Shown here piece by piece: positions 28,962 through 38,940 of a DNA stretch of 64,000 nt. The stretch's first letter is position 1. The number at the start of each line of letters is the position of its first letter. The stretch is from an uncultured Chloroflexia bacterium. GTDB lineage: Bacteria > Chloroflexota > Limnocylindria > Limnocylindrales > CSP1-4. Made by a program: the position numbers and the translations under genes. The stretch spans positions 96,001 to 160,000 of the forward strand of contig CAWEYL010000001.1 in assembly GCA_963813335.1 (NCBI GenBank), read 5' to 3'. The notes below the pieces were generated by a model. That model saw only the letters and a program-made list of their open reading frames with translations, had not been told where the DNA came from and searched no databases.

Positions 28962-29663
28962 ATGAGCAAGACCAGGGCCTACCGCACCGCACCGCCGCCG
29001 ACCCGTCGCTGGCCGTCGACGCTGGTCGTGGTCTCCGCGCTCGCGCTCACCGGCGGCGTGCTGCTGATCGCCCTCGCCATGGCGCTCCGTCCCGCGCCGC
29101 CCACCGTCCCGACCGGGTCGGCCGTATCCGCCGCCTTCGGGAACCTCCCGACCCATGGCTACACCCTGGGGCAGGCCGATGCGCCCGTGACCATCGACCT
29201 GTACGAGGACTTCCAGTGCCCGGCCTGCCGCAATTGGGGCGCCTCCGTGTTCCCGTCCCTCGTCGCCAATGAGCTCGCGACCGGCAAGGCGAAGCTGGTC
29301 TTCCACGATTACCCGTTCATCGGGCCCGAGTCGTACATGGCCGCGCAAGCGGGCCAGGCGGCCGCCCGCCAGGACCGGTTCTGGGACATGTGGTCGACGA
29401 TCTACGCGAACCAGGGCGCGGAGAACAGCGGCGCGCTCGCCCGTGAGCGCCTGCTCAGGATGGCGCGGGCACAGGGCCTCGACATGGACCGCTTCGTGGC
29501 CGACATGGATTCGTCCAGCACCAGTTCGGCGATCGAGGCCTCCGCCGCTGACGCGCAGCGGATCGGGATCCAGTCCACGCCGTCGCTCGTCGTCGACGGG
29601 CGGATCCTGGTCGGGGCGTCGTATGCCGACGTCGCGGCCGCGGTCGCCGGCGCCGCCCGCTGA
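28962..29663 (+). CDS. Membrane-anchored DsbA-family thiol-disulfide oxidoreductase
   Basis: N-terminal TM, LGQADAPVTIDLYEDFQCPAC (CxxC) and cis-Pro loop STPS. Confidence 0.92.
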   Translation: MSKTRAYRTAPPPTRRWPSTLVVVSALALTGGVLLIALAMALRPAPPTVPTGSAVSAAFGNLPTHGYTLGQADAPVTIDLYEDFQCPACRNWGASVFPSLVANELATGKAKLVFHDYPFIGPESYMAAQAGQAAARQDRFWDMWSTIYANQGAENSGALARERLLRMARAQGLDMDRFVADMDSSSTSSAIEASAADAQRIGIQSTPSLVVDGRILVGASYADVAAAVAGAAR

Positions 29664-29664
29664 C

Positions 29665-30123
29665 GTGGCGGTCGTCCGGCGGGCCAACCCCCGGCTGCGG
29701 CCGGGTCTCGTCCTCATGGCGCTCGACCTGGTCGGGCTCGCCATCGCGGCCTACCTGAGCACCGTCGAGCTGCGCGGCGACCTGCCCTACTGCGGGCCGC
29801 TGGCCGGCTGCGAGACCGTCGCGCTCTCCCCGTATGCCCGGATCGGCGGGGTGCCGGTCGCGGTGTTCGGCGTCGCGTTGTCGCTGACGCTGCTCGTCCT
29901 GGCGGCGGGCTGGATCCGGACCGGCCGGCTGGCGCTCCTCGCCGCGCACTACGGCCTGTCGCTCGTCGGCGTCATGTTCGAGGTCTACTTCACCTACATC
30001 GAGGTCGTGGTCCTCGGGGCCGTCTGCGTCTGGTGCGCGACCTACGGCCTCTCGCTCCTGGCGAGGTTCGTCGTGGCCCTCTGGGTGTGGCTCCGGCGCG
30101 ACGTCTACGCCGAGCCCTCCTGA
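29665..30123 (+). CDS. Vitamin K epoxide reductase (VKOR) family protein
   Basis: Loop cysteines CGPLAGCETVALSPYA, GVPVAVFG, TM-embedded CVWC. Directly follows dsbA. Confidence 0.92.
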   Translation: MAVVRRANPRLRPGLVLMALDLVGLAIAAYLSTVELRGDLPYCGPLAGCETVALSPYARIGGVPVAVFGVALSLTLLVLAAGWIRTGRLALLAAHYGLSLVGVMFEVYFTYIEVVVLGAVCVWCATYGLSLLARFVVALWVWLRRDVYAEPS

Positions 30124-30183
30124 CCCGACAAGGTCCCCGAAAACAGGCCATTCGGCACGGTGCGGATCTCGCCTTTCCGTCCG

Positions 30184-30210
30184 AAACTCTGACTACTTCA
30201 GTCCATGTTT
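30184..30210. promoter_or_regulatory. Rrf2/IscR type-1-like operator upstream of nirK
   Basis: AAAC-TCT-GACT-ACTTC-AGTC-CAT-GTTT is an AT-rich imperfect palindrome. Its core GACT-R-N3-Y-AGTC has the same geometry as the IscR type 1 box. Confidence 0.6.
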
Positions 30211-30250
30211 AGCGGCCCGCGACCGGGCCTCCGACAAAGGAGCCACCCAG

Positions 30251-31681
30251 ATGCACCGTCGACTTCGTTGGATCGCCATCGCGGGCGTCGTCCTGGCGCT
30301 CGCCGGCTGCACGACCTTCCCGAGTGGTGGCTGGACCAGCGAGCCGCCATCCACCGCCAAGCCCGCCGACCTGGCCTCCGTCGGCGGCGGGGCCGCGGGA
30401 TCCCCCACACCGGCCATGCCGATGGCCTCGATGGACATGGGCGGCACGACGACCGCGACGGCGGCCGGCAAGGTCGAGATCGAGGCGTTCGACCTCGGGT
30501 TCAAGCCGGCGAACCTCACCGTCCCGGCCGCGGGCACCTACGACGTGTCCTTCCACAACACCGGGGCGATGACCCACGACCTCACGTTCGCCGATGGCAC
30601 CAAGCTCACCGCCGAGGCCGGCAAGACCGTCGCCGGGCAGGTGGCGATCCCGGCGGCCGGCCTCACCTTCCTGTGCTCCATCCCGGGCCACGCGGCGGCC
30701 GGCATGACCGGCGGCGTCACGGTCGGCAGCGGGACGGCCGCCGCGTCGGCGGCACCCAGCAGCGGGACCGGCGCCGCGACCGCGGCCGCCCCGGTCGCCG
30801 ATCCGAACGCCCCGGCCTACGTGCTCCGGGACGCGACCGCGCCGAAGGTCATGGCGGGCACCGTCCATGACGTCCAGATGCCGATCGTCGACAAGGACAT
30901 CACCGTCGCCGAAGGGTTCGTCGTCCATGCCTGGACGTTCGGCGGGACCGTTCCCGGGCCGACGCTGCGCGTGCACCTCGGCGACACCGTGCGGGTCCAC
31001 CTGACCAACACGACCGCCATGAGCCATTCGATCGACTTCCATGCCAGCCAGACGGCCATGAACGACCAGATGGTCGAGATCAAGCCGGGCGGCACCTTCA
31101 TCTACACGTTCACCGCCGATTACGCTGGCGTCTGGATGTACCACTGCGGCACGGCTCCGGCACTCCACCACATCGCGAACGGGATGTTCGGGATGGTCAT
31201 CGTCGAGCCCAAGGGCGGCCTGCCCAAGGTCGACGAGGAGGTCGCGCTGGTCCAGAGCGAGTGGTACCTGGGTGCCCAGGGGCAGCCGGTCGACTACGCG
31301 AAGGCCGCGGCCGGCGCGCCGTCGCCCGACTTCGTGGTCTTCAACGGGGTCGCCAACCAGTACAAGGACAACCCGGTCCAGGTCACGACCAAGGGGCGGG
31401 TCCGGGTCTTCGTGCTCGACACCGGGCCGAACATCGACAGCTCGTTCCACGTCGTCGGGACCATCTTCGACACGGTGACCAAGGAGGGCATCTCGCTGGT
31501 CAAGGGCAACGCCGGCGGGTGGGGCTCGCAGGCCGTCGACCTGAGCCCGGCGCAGGGCGCGATCATCGAGTTCAGCCCGCGGGAAGACGGGATGTACCCG
31601 TTCGTGACCCACGCCTTCAACTTCGTCGGACGCGGCGCCGTCGGCATCTTCATGGCCGGCGACGGCGACCCGTCGAACTGA
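30251..31681 (+). CDS. nirK: Copper-containing nitrite reductase, lipoprotein with extra N-terminal cupredoxin domain
   Basis: Lipobox LAGC. Cupredoxin HDL...FLCSIPGHAAAGM. NirK core WTFGGTVPGP, HSIDFH (catalytic Asp), YHC...HIANGMFG, FNG, SSFHVVG (catalytic His) and YPFVTH. Confidence 0.85.
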   Translation: MHRRLRWIAIAGVVLALAGCTTFPSGGWTSEPPSTAKPADLASVGGGAAGSPTPAMPMASMDMGGTTTATAAGKVEIEAFDLGFKPANLTVPAAGTYDVSFHNTGAMTHDLTFADGTKLTAEAGKTVAGQVAIPAAGLTFLCSIPGHAAAGMTGGVTVGSGTAAASAAPSSGTGAATAAAPVADPNAPAYVLRDATAPKVMAGTVHDVQMPIVDKDITVAEGFVVHAWTFGGTVPGPTLRVHLGDTVRVHLTNTTAMSHSIDFHASQTAMNDQMVEIKPGGTFIYTFTADYAGVWMYHCGTAPALHHIANGMFGMVIVEPKGGLPKVDEEVALVQSEWYLGAQGQPVDYAKAAAGAPSPDFVVFNGVANQYKDNPVQVTTKGRVRVFVLDTGPNIDSSFHVVGTIFDTVTKEGISLVKGNAGGWGSQAVDLSPAQGAIIEFSPREDGMYPFVTHAFNFVGRGAVGIFMAGDGDPSN

Positions 31682-31691
31682 CCGGCCGACG

Positions 31692-32132
31692 ATGCGTCTC
31701 GAGCTGACCAAGCGGGCCGACTACGCGATCCGGGTCGTCCTGGCCCTGGCCGAAGCCGACGACAGCGAGCGCCTCAGCGTGCGGGCGCTCGCGGCCGATC
31801 GGAACGTCCCGGCCCAGGTGCTGCCTCGGGTCATGACCGACCTGGCCTCGGCCGGGATCGTCGACGGGCGGACCGGCCGGACCGGCGGCTACCGCCTCGC
31901 GCGGCCGGCCGCGACCGTCTCGCTGCTGGACGTCATCCGGGCCGTGGAGGGCGACCAGCGTCGCCGGCGCTGCGTCCTCCGTGGGTCAGCCTGTGGGATC
32001 GCCGCGCCGTGCGACGTCCACGAGGTCTTCGCGACGGCCCAGGACGCCCTCCTCGCGGAGCTCGCGCAGGCGTCGATCGCCTCGATCGCCCGGACGGATG
32101 GGTGGGGTGGCCTACGGGGCTCGAACCCGTAA
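31692..32132 (+). CDS. Rrf2-family transcriptional regulator with three Fe-S-ligating Cys
   Basis: LTKRADYAIR, GRTGGYRLARPAATVSLLDVIRAVEG and CVLRGSACGIAAPC. The 3' end overlaps the antisense tRNA. Confidence 0.92.
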   Translation: MRLELTKRADYAIRVVLALAEADDSERLSVRALAADRNVPAQVLPRVMTDLASAGIVDGRTGRTGGYRLARPAATVSLLDVIRAVEGDQRRRRCVLRGSACGIAAPCDVHEVFATAQDALLAELAQASIASIARTDGWGGLRGSNP

Positions 32133-32178
32133 CCTTCGGAGCCACAATCCGATGCTCTGCCATTGAGCTAAGGCCACC
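32103..32178 (-). tRNA. tRNA-His (GTG)
   Basis: Minus strand reads G-GTGGCCT-TAGCTCAATGGCAGAGCA-TCGGA-TTGTGGC-TCCGA-AGGTT-ACGGG-TTCGAGC-CCCGT-AGGCCAC-C-CCA. Has the His-specific G-1:C73 pair and an encoded CCA. Confidence 0.97.
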
Positions 32179-32338
32179 GCGGGTCGCTCCGCTCGACCGT
32201 CCGTGACGGTCCCGGGAGCTGTGGGCTGAGGGAGTGTACCCCGAAGCCTGCGATGCACGCGGCGCTGCCAGCCCCGCCCGGGCGGCGCATCATGGCCGTC
32301 CGCGGTCGGCGGTTCCGGCCGCCCCATCGGAGCGCACG

Positions 32339-33789
32339 ATGACCGACGAACCACGCGTGACGCGAGACGACCCCGGACCGCTCCTGGCGCGGACCGCCGA
32401 GATCGCCACGGACTACCTGCGGAGCCTGCCCGAGCGGCCGGTCCTGGTCGACCAGGACGTCGCCTCGTTGCGCGCCGCGCTCGTGACGGCACTGCCCGAG
32501 ACCGGCGAGGACCCGATCGAGGTCATCGAGCGGCTGGCCCGCGACGCCGACCCGGGGATCGTCTCGATGGCGGGGCCGCGCTACTTCGGCTACGTCATCG
32601 GCGGCAGCGTCCCGGCCTCGGTCGCGGCCGACTGGCTGACCTCGGTCTGGGACCAGAACGCGGGCCTGTATTCCTGCGGCCCGGCCGCGTCCGTCGTCGA
32701 GGAGGCCGTGGGCGCCTGGCTCATCGACCTGCTCGGCCTGCCCGCAGGCACCAGTCTACGGGCTGGTCTCGGGCTGCCAGATGGCTGGCTTCACGGGCCT
32801 GGCTGCCGCGCGCCACGCGGTCCTCGAGGCCGCCGGCTGGGACGTGGAGGCGCGGGGCCTGATCGGGGCGCCGGAGATCGACGTGATCGTCGGCGCCGAG
32901 GCGCACTCGACCATCGGCGGGGCGCTGCAGTTCCTCGGCCTCGGCCGCGACCGGGTCCACACGGTGGCCGCGGATGGGCAGGGCCGGATGCGCCTCGACG
33001 CGCTCGAAGGCGGTGCTCGACGGCATCCCGGCCGACCGGCCGCTCATCGTCTGCCTCCAGGCGGGGAACGTGAACACCGGCGCCTTCGACCCGTTCGGGC
33101 CGATGATCGACCTCGTCCGGCGGCGGACGAACGCCTGGGTCCACGTCGACGGCGCCTTCGGGATGTGGGCGCGGGTCAGCCCGCAGACCGCGTACCTGCT
33201 CGACGGCGCCGAGCGGGCCGACTCGTGGGCGACCGACGCCCACAAGTGGCTCAACGTGCCGTACGACTCGGGGCTCGCGTTCGTGGCCCACCCGCGTGCG
33301 CACGCGGCGGCGATGGCGCCGCCCCACGCGGCCTACCTGGAATACGTCGGCGACGAGAAGCGCGACCAGGTGTACTGGAACCCGGAGTTCTCGCGCCGGG
33401 CCCGCGGCTTCCCGATGTACGCCGCCTTGCGCAGCCTCGGGCGGTCGGGCGTGCGCGAGATGGTCGAGCGCGGCTGCTGGGTCGCCCGGCGGATCGCCGA
33501 CCGGATCGAGGCAGCGCACGGCGCCACCGTCCTCAACGACGTCGTCCTCAACCAGGTGCTCGTGCGCTTCGAGACCGACGACCGCGACCCGGCCGCCTCG
33601 GACGCCCTGACCCGGGCGGCGCTCCTGGAGATCCAGGAAGAGGGGACGATCTGGCTGTCCGGGACGACCTGGCACGACATGGCCGCGATCCGGGTCTCCG
33701 TCTCCAACTGGGGCACCGGCGCGGACGAGGCGGAGCTGGCGGCGGCGACCATCCTGGCGGCCGCGGACCGCGTCCGGGCGAGGGCCTGA
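32339..33789 (+). CDS. Group II PLP-dependent decarboxylase (aromatic-L-amino-acid decarboxylase-like); two apparent +1 frameshifts (~32756, ~33009)
   Basis: Three consecutive frames give GPRYFGYVIGG...WDQNAG, SGCQMAGFTGLAAARH...AHSTI, and QAGNVNTGAFD, HVDGAFG, DAHKWLNVPYDSG (PLP Lys). Confidence 0.88.
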
Positions 33790-33820
33790 CCGGCGACGTG
33801 ACGCACCGTCGCGGGCCACG

Positions 33821-33880
33821 GCACACCGCCCCGGACCGCACCTGACCGCAGCAGACCGCCCCGGACCGACCCCGACCGCA
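33821..33880. repeat. Degenerate 10-bp tandem repeat (core GACCGC) x6
   Basis: gcacaccgcc ccggaccgca cctgaccgca gcagaccgcc ccggaccgac cccgaccgca, in an intergenic gap. Confidence 0.7.
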
Positions 33881-33955
33881 AGTACCAGCGACCGCGGCCG
33901 CCGGGACCATCGCGCGGGTGGCCGCGACGCGCGTCGCGGATAGGGTGGAGGGCAC

Positions 33956-34861
33956 ATGTCCCGGCCCATCCCGCGCCTCGATCCCCGTCGCCTCGCCGTG
34001 CTCGTCGCGGTCGTCGTCGCCCTCACCTCGGGGGCAACGCTCGTCGCACCTGCGCCGACCTACGCGTGGGCCGCGAACACGTTCTCGTCGGCCTCGGAGA
34101 AGCAGCTCGTCGCGCTCCACAACCAGGCGCGGGCGGCGGCCGGGCTGAGGAAGCTCTGCGCGTCGACGCGGTGCTGAGCTCGATCGCGCGGAGCCGCAGC
34201 AAGGACATGATCGTCCGCGACTACTTCAGCCACGACATCCCGGGCGGCGGCAACGTGTTCGGGATCATGAAGGACAAGGGCTACTGCTACCGCTCGGCGG
34301 GCGAGAACATCGGCTGGAACTAGTTCGAGACGCCCGACTCCACCGCGACCGTCGGCGATCCACTCGGCGTTCATGGGCTCATCCGGCCACCGCGCCAACA
34401 TCCTGGGCAAGGACTACGACTCGGTCGGGGTCGGCGCCTACCAGGGCGCCAACGGCAAGAAGATGTGGACCGTGGTCTTCGCCGACAAGTGCGGCTCGAC
34501 CGCGACGGCGAAGCCGAGGGCGACCGTCAGGCCGACCCCCAAGCCGACCCAGAAGGCGACCGTCCGCGCGACCCCGAAGCCGACCCCGAAGCCGAAGCCG
34601 ACGCCCAGGCCGACGCCTGTGGCCGCCGCGAGCCCGGCCGCGTCACCGGCCCAGGCGGCCGTCATCCCGTCACCGACCCCGACGCCGTCGGGTGACGGGT
34701 CGAGCCCGGACGGTGCCCCGCCCGACGGCCAGGACGGCACGGACCCGACCTTCGTCGATGTCGGCAGTGGCCACGGTCTGCGCGTCCTCGATCCGCCCGC
34801 CCCCGGCGGCCTCCTCGAGACCATCGTCGGCGGGGTCGCCGGGTTCTTCTTCGGCGCATGA
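33956..34861 (+). CDS. Secreted CAP (SCP) domain protein with Pro/Thr/Lys-rich tail; interrupted by two frameshifts and a TAG at 34321
   Basis: Signal peptide, LHNQARAAAGL, ARSRSKDMIVRDYFSH, AGENIGWN and FMGSSGHRANIL...GVGA, spread across three ORFs. Confidence 0.82.
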
Positions 34862-34926
34862 CGACCCTCGCGGCCGAAGCCGCCGATGCGATCCTGGCGC
34901 GACGCTCCGCCTATACACTCGGCCGG

Positions 34927-35679
34927 ATGCCGCCCATCCTCCAGGCACGCGACCTCGCGAAGTCCTACCCGCTGGGTCAGACGACGGTCGAGGCCGTGCG
35001 CGGCGTGTCGCTCGAGGTCGCCGAAGGCGAGTTCGTCGCCCTGATGGGCCCGTCGGGCTCGGGCAAGTCGACGCTGCTGCAGCTCCTCGGCGGGCTCGAC
35101 CAGCCGACCTCGGGCGAGGTCATGCTCCAGGGCGAGACCATCAGCCACCTCTCGGACGATCAGGCCACGAAGCTGCGCCGGGACCGGACCGGGTTCGTCT
35201 TCCAGTCGTTCAACCTCATCCCGCTCCTCGACGTGACCGAGAACGTCGGGCTGCCGTTCACGATCGCCGGCGAGGACCCCTCGAAGGGCGACCTGCGCGA
35301 CCGGGTCAAGGACGTGATCGCGCTGGTCGACCTGGCCGGCAAGGAGCGCCACAAGCCGGACCAGCTGTCGGCCGGCGAGCAGCAGCGCGTGGCGATCGCG
35401 CGCGCGCTCGTGACCCGGCCGGCCCTGCTCTTCGCCGACGAGCCGACCGGGAACCTCGACTACACGAGCGGGTCCGAGATCCTCGATGCGCTGTGGCGCT
35501 CGTGCGTCGACCGCCACCAGACCATCGTGCTCGTGACCCACGATTCGAAGGCGGCCGCCTACGCCGACCGGGTGCTGGTCATCGCCGACGGCACGATCCG
35601 CGACTCGATCCATCTCGGGCGGCGCGAGTCGCACGACGCCGCGCCCCTCATCGCCCGGCTCGCCCAGCTCGGGCTGTAG
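34927..35679 (+). CDS. ABC transporter ATP-binding protein (LolD/MacB-like)
   Basis: [36 protein letters not shown] and VTHD. ATG 34927 follows a TACACT box; alternative start at 34858. Confidence 0.92.
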   Translation: MPPILQARDLAKSYPLGQTTVEAVRGVSLEVAEGEFVALMGPSGSGKSTLLQLLGGLDQPTSGEVMLQGETISHLSDDQATKLRRDRTGFVFQSFNLIPLLDVTENVGLPFTIAGEDPSKGDLRDRVKDVIALVDLAGKERHKPDQLSAGEQQRVAIARALVTRPALLFADEPTGNLDYTSGSEILDALWRSCVDRHQTIVLVTHDSKAAAYADRVLVIADGTIRDSIHLGRRESHDAAPLIARLAQLGL

Positions 35680-35694
35680 GCCCGTGGGTCCACG

Positions 35695-38215
35695 ATGTCC
35701 GGGTTGACCCGGCTCTCGCCTGCGCAGCCTGCGCGCGCGCCTCCTGCGGACGACCCTGACGATCGTCGGCGTCTCCCTCGGCGTCGCCGTCCTGTTCGCC
35801 GGGCTCGCCACCGACGACGGCATCACCGCGGCCGCGGACCGGACGGTCCAGGCGCTCGTCGGGCGGGCCGACCTGCGGGTCAGCGCCTTCGGCGAGGCCG
35901 GGCTGGGCGCGGAGAGCTTCGCGGCCATCACCGCGACCCCCGGCGTCGAGATCGTGGCGCCGGCGCTGCAGCGGCGGACCTACCTCGCCGGGACCACCCC
36001 GGACGGGGCACTGCCGCCGTCGGTCACGGTCCTCGGGATCGACCCGGTCGCCGAGCCGCGGCTCCACGACCTGACCCTCAGCGCCGGCAGCCCGCTGACC
36101 AGCATCGACGAGCCGAGCGCCCTGATCGACCAGCGCCTCGCGGCAGAGGACGGCCTCTCGGTCGGGTCCTCGCTGACCGTGCTGGGTGCCGGGGAGCCGG
36201 CCGAGTACCGCGTGGTCGGCATCCTGGCCGGCAGCGGCCCGCTCGGGGTGTCGGGCGGCCGGACCGTGGTCGTCCCGCTGCGGACCGCCCAGGCCGTCTT
36301 CGACCAGGCCGGGCTCACCCGCGTCGACATCGGCCTCGCCGCCGGCGCCGTCCCGGCCGAGGTGGTGACGGGCCTGGAGTCGCGTCTGCTGGTCGAGCCG
36401 TACGTGATCTCCTCGCCGCAGGACCTCGCCGACGGGCTGCGCGCCTCGACGGCCGACTTCCAGGCGACCACCGCGCTCATCGCCGCCATCGCGCTCTTCG
36501 CGGGCGCGTTCCTCATCGTCAACACGCTCTCGATGACGGTCCTCGAGCGGATGCGCGAGGTCGGCCTGCTCCGGGCCGCCGGCGCGACCCGCGGCCAGGT
36601 GCAGCGCTTCATCCTCGTCCAGGCCGCCGTCCTCGGGGTCCTCGGGTCGCTCCTCGGCCTCGTCCTCGGGCTCGTCCTGGCGAACCTCATGACCGCCTGG
36701 CTGCGCACGGTCGGCTCGGTGACCCTCGAGGCGCCGTCGCCGTCGATCGGGTCGATGCTGATCGCCTTCGTCACCGGTGTGGCCGTCACCCTCGCGGCCG
36801 CCGTCGAGCCCGCCATCCGCGCCTCGCGCATCCCGCCCGTCGAGGCCCTGCGGGCGCGCCTGGACCAGGCGCCCGCCCGTCGTGCCCGCCTGCGCTGGCT
36901 GATCGTGGTCTTCGGCGTCGTCGGCCTCGCCGGGCTCCTCGTCTGGCCGCGCGACGCCGGCGCGGCCGGGGCCGTCCGCGCGCTCGTCGTCTACGGCGTG
37001 CTCCTGGTCGCGACCCTCCTCGTGCCGTTCCTCGTGCCCGCCCTGGCCCGCCTCGGCGGCCTCCCGTTCCGCCTGCCGTTCGCGCTCGAGGAGCGGCTGG
37101 CGCGCGCGACGATGGTGCGCGACCGCAGTCGCGCCACGCTGACCCTCGGCGCGCTGGCGGTGGGCATCGCGCTCGTCGTCGCGCTCGGCGGGGTCGGCCA
37201 GCACGCCCGGGCGTCGGCCGGGGCCTGGGTCGGCGAGGTCGTCCCGGGCGAGCTCCTGGTCACCTCGATCCGTCCGGTCGCCCTGGACGAGCCGGCCGCG
37301 ACCGACCTCGCCGCGCAGCCCGGCGTCGCGCGGGTCAGCCCGATCGCGACCTTCGATCTCGCCGTGAACGGCACCGCCACCGACGGGGCCGCGATGGTCG
37401 GCGCGGACCTTGCCGCCGACGGCCGGCTCACGATGGTCGACGGCGACCGCGACGTCGCGCTGGCGGCCCTCGACCGGGGCGGCGCCGCGATCGTGCCGGC
37501 GTCGCTGGCCGACCGCCTGCACCTCGTGGTCGACGACGAGCTGACGATCGGCACCGCCGATGCGACGACGATGCACCTGCGGGTCGTCGGAGTCGCCGAG
37601 CGGACCCTCCCGGGGCGTGGCGGCGAGGCGGTCATCGTCGGCTGGACCGACGCGACATCCCAGCTCGGGGTCGCAGGTGCCGACGCCTTCGCGGTCACGT
37701 TCGATCCGGGCATCACCCCGGCGCAGCAGGAGGACTTCCGCCAGGCGGCCGCCCTGTCGGCCTTCGAGATCGTGACCCTCGACGAGGTCCAGGGCGCCAT
37801 CGACGACGCGCTCATCCGCGTCTTCGGGCTGTTCGACGTCCTCGCGATCGTGGCGGTGATCATCGCCACGCTGGGGATCGCCAACACGCTGACGATGAAC
37901 GTCATCGAGCGGGTCCGCGAGATCGGGATCCTCCGCGCCGCCGGGATGACCCGTCGCCAGGTCTGGCGCTCGGTCGTCGTCGAGGCCGGCGTCATCGGGG
38001 TCGCCGGCTCGATCGTCGGCATCGTCACCGGGCTGCTGGTCGGCGCCCTGATGGTCGTGCTGGCCGGCGGCTCGACGGCGGTGGCGTTCTCGATCCCGTG
38101 GCAGACGGTCGTCGGCTCGATCCTCCTCGGGGTGGCCTTGTCGATGCTGGCGGCCGCCTATCCGGCGGGGATCGCCTCGCGGGTCTCGATCGTGCGGGCC
38201 GTCGCCTACGAATGA
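35695..38215 (+). CDS. Double FtsX/MacB-type ABC permease; apparent +1 frameshift near 35719
   Basis: MSGLTRLS joins LRSLRARLLRTTLTIVGVSLGVAV after removing one C. Two FtsX repeats: NTLSMTVLERMREVGLLRAAGA and NTLTMNVIERVREIGILRAAGM. Confidence 0.9.
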
Positions 38216-38294
38216 GGCCGTGGGGCCGGGGCGAGATGCTAGACTCGGGGCCTCGGTCGCTGCCCCCAGGCGACCCCGGACGTGTGGAGCCTCC

Positions 38295-38933
38295 TTGACG
38301 CTCGCTTTCCCGAGACTCGACCGCAGCGGCGCCGGCGACCGAGGCATCACCATCGGCGATTTCCTGGTCCCCATCTCGATCGGCGAGCGCCTCGGGACCC
38401 GGGTCCGGCACATCGCCCTCATCGTCGCCGGCGCCCTCATCGTCGCGCTGTGCGCCCAGGTCTACATCCCCGTCCAGCCCGTGCCGTTCACCGGCCAGAC
38501 CTTCGGCGTCCTCGTCGTCGGCGGGGCCCTCGGCTTCCGCCGCGGCGCGCTCGCGTTGCTGCTCTACCTCGCCATCGGGGCGATCGGGCTGCCGGTCTTC
38601 GCCGAGGGCAAGCACGGGCTGGCGATCCTTGGCGGCCCGACGGCCGGCTACCTGGTCGGCTTCGTCGTCTCGGCCGCCATCGTCGGCCGGCTCGCCGAGC
38701 TCGGCTGGGACCGGCGGCTTCCCGGGGCGCTGGCCATGATGGCCATCGGGACCGCGATCATCTACGCGATCGGCGTCCCGTGGCTGAAGGTCTCGCTGGG
38801 GCTGTCGTGGGAGGACGCGATCTCGGGCGGCATGACCAAGTTCCTGGTGTGGGACACGGCCAAGCTCGTCGTGGCCGCCGCGATCTTCCCGACCGCCTGG
38901 TGGCTCGTCGGCCGTCGGCCCGACGACCGGTAG
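38295..38933 (+). CDS. bioY: Biotin transporter BioY
   Basis: PVPFTGQTFGV, YLAIGAIGLPVFA and GPTAGYLVGF. TTG start with GGAG RBS. Confidence 0.93.
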   Translation: MTLAFPRLDRSGAGDRGITIGDFLVPISIGERLGTRVRHIALIVAGALIVALCAQVYIPVQPVPFTGQTFGVLVVGGALGFRRGALALLLYLAIGAIGLPVFAEGKHGLAILGGPTAGYLVGFVVSAAIVGRLAELGWDRRLPGALAMMAIGTAIIYAIGVPWLKVSLGLSWEDAISGGMTKFLVWDTAKLVVAAAIFPTAWWLVGRRPDDR

Positions 38934-38940
38934 GCCCGGC

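Noticed and set aside
30125-30142. DosR/DevR-like box upstream of nirK
   Set aside because: Only one half-site (GGGACC) matches, which is too weak in high-GC DNA.
34500-34690. DNA repeat array (CCGAAGCCGACC-like)
   Set aside because: It is explained by the Pro/Thr/Lys-rich linker of the CAP protein.
32339-34861. True pseudogenes or programmed frameshifting in the decarboxylase and CAP genes
   Set aside because: The window-wide pattern of insertion-only indels with intact motifs is better explained by sequencing error, and no slippery heptamers are present.
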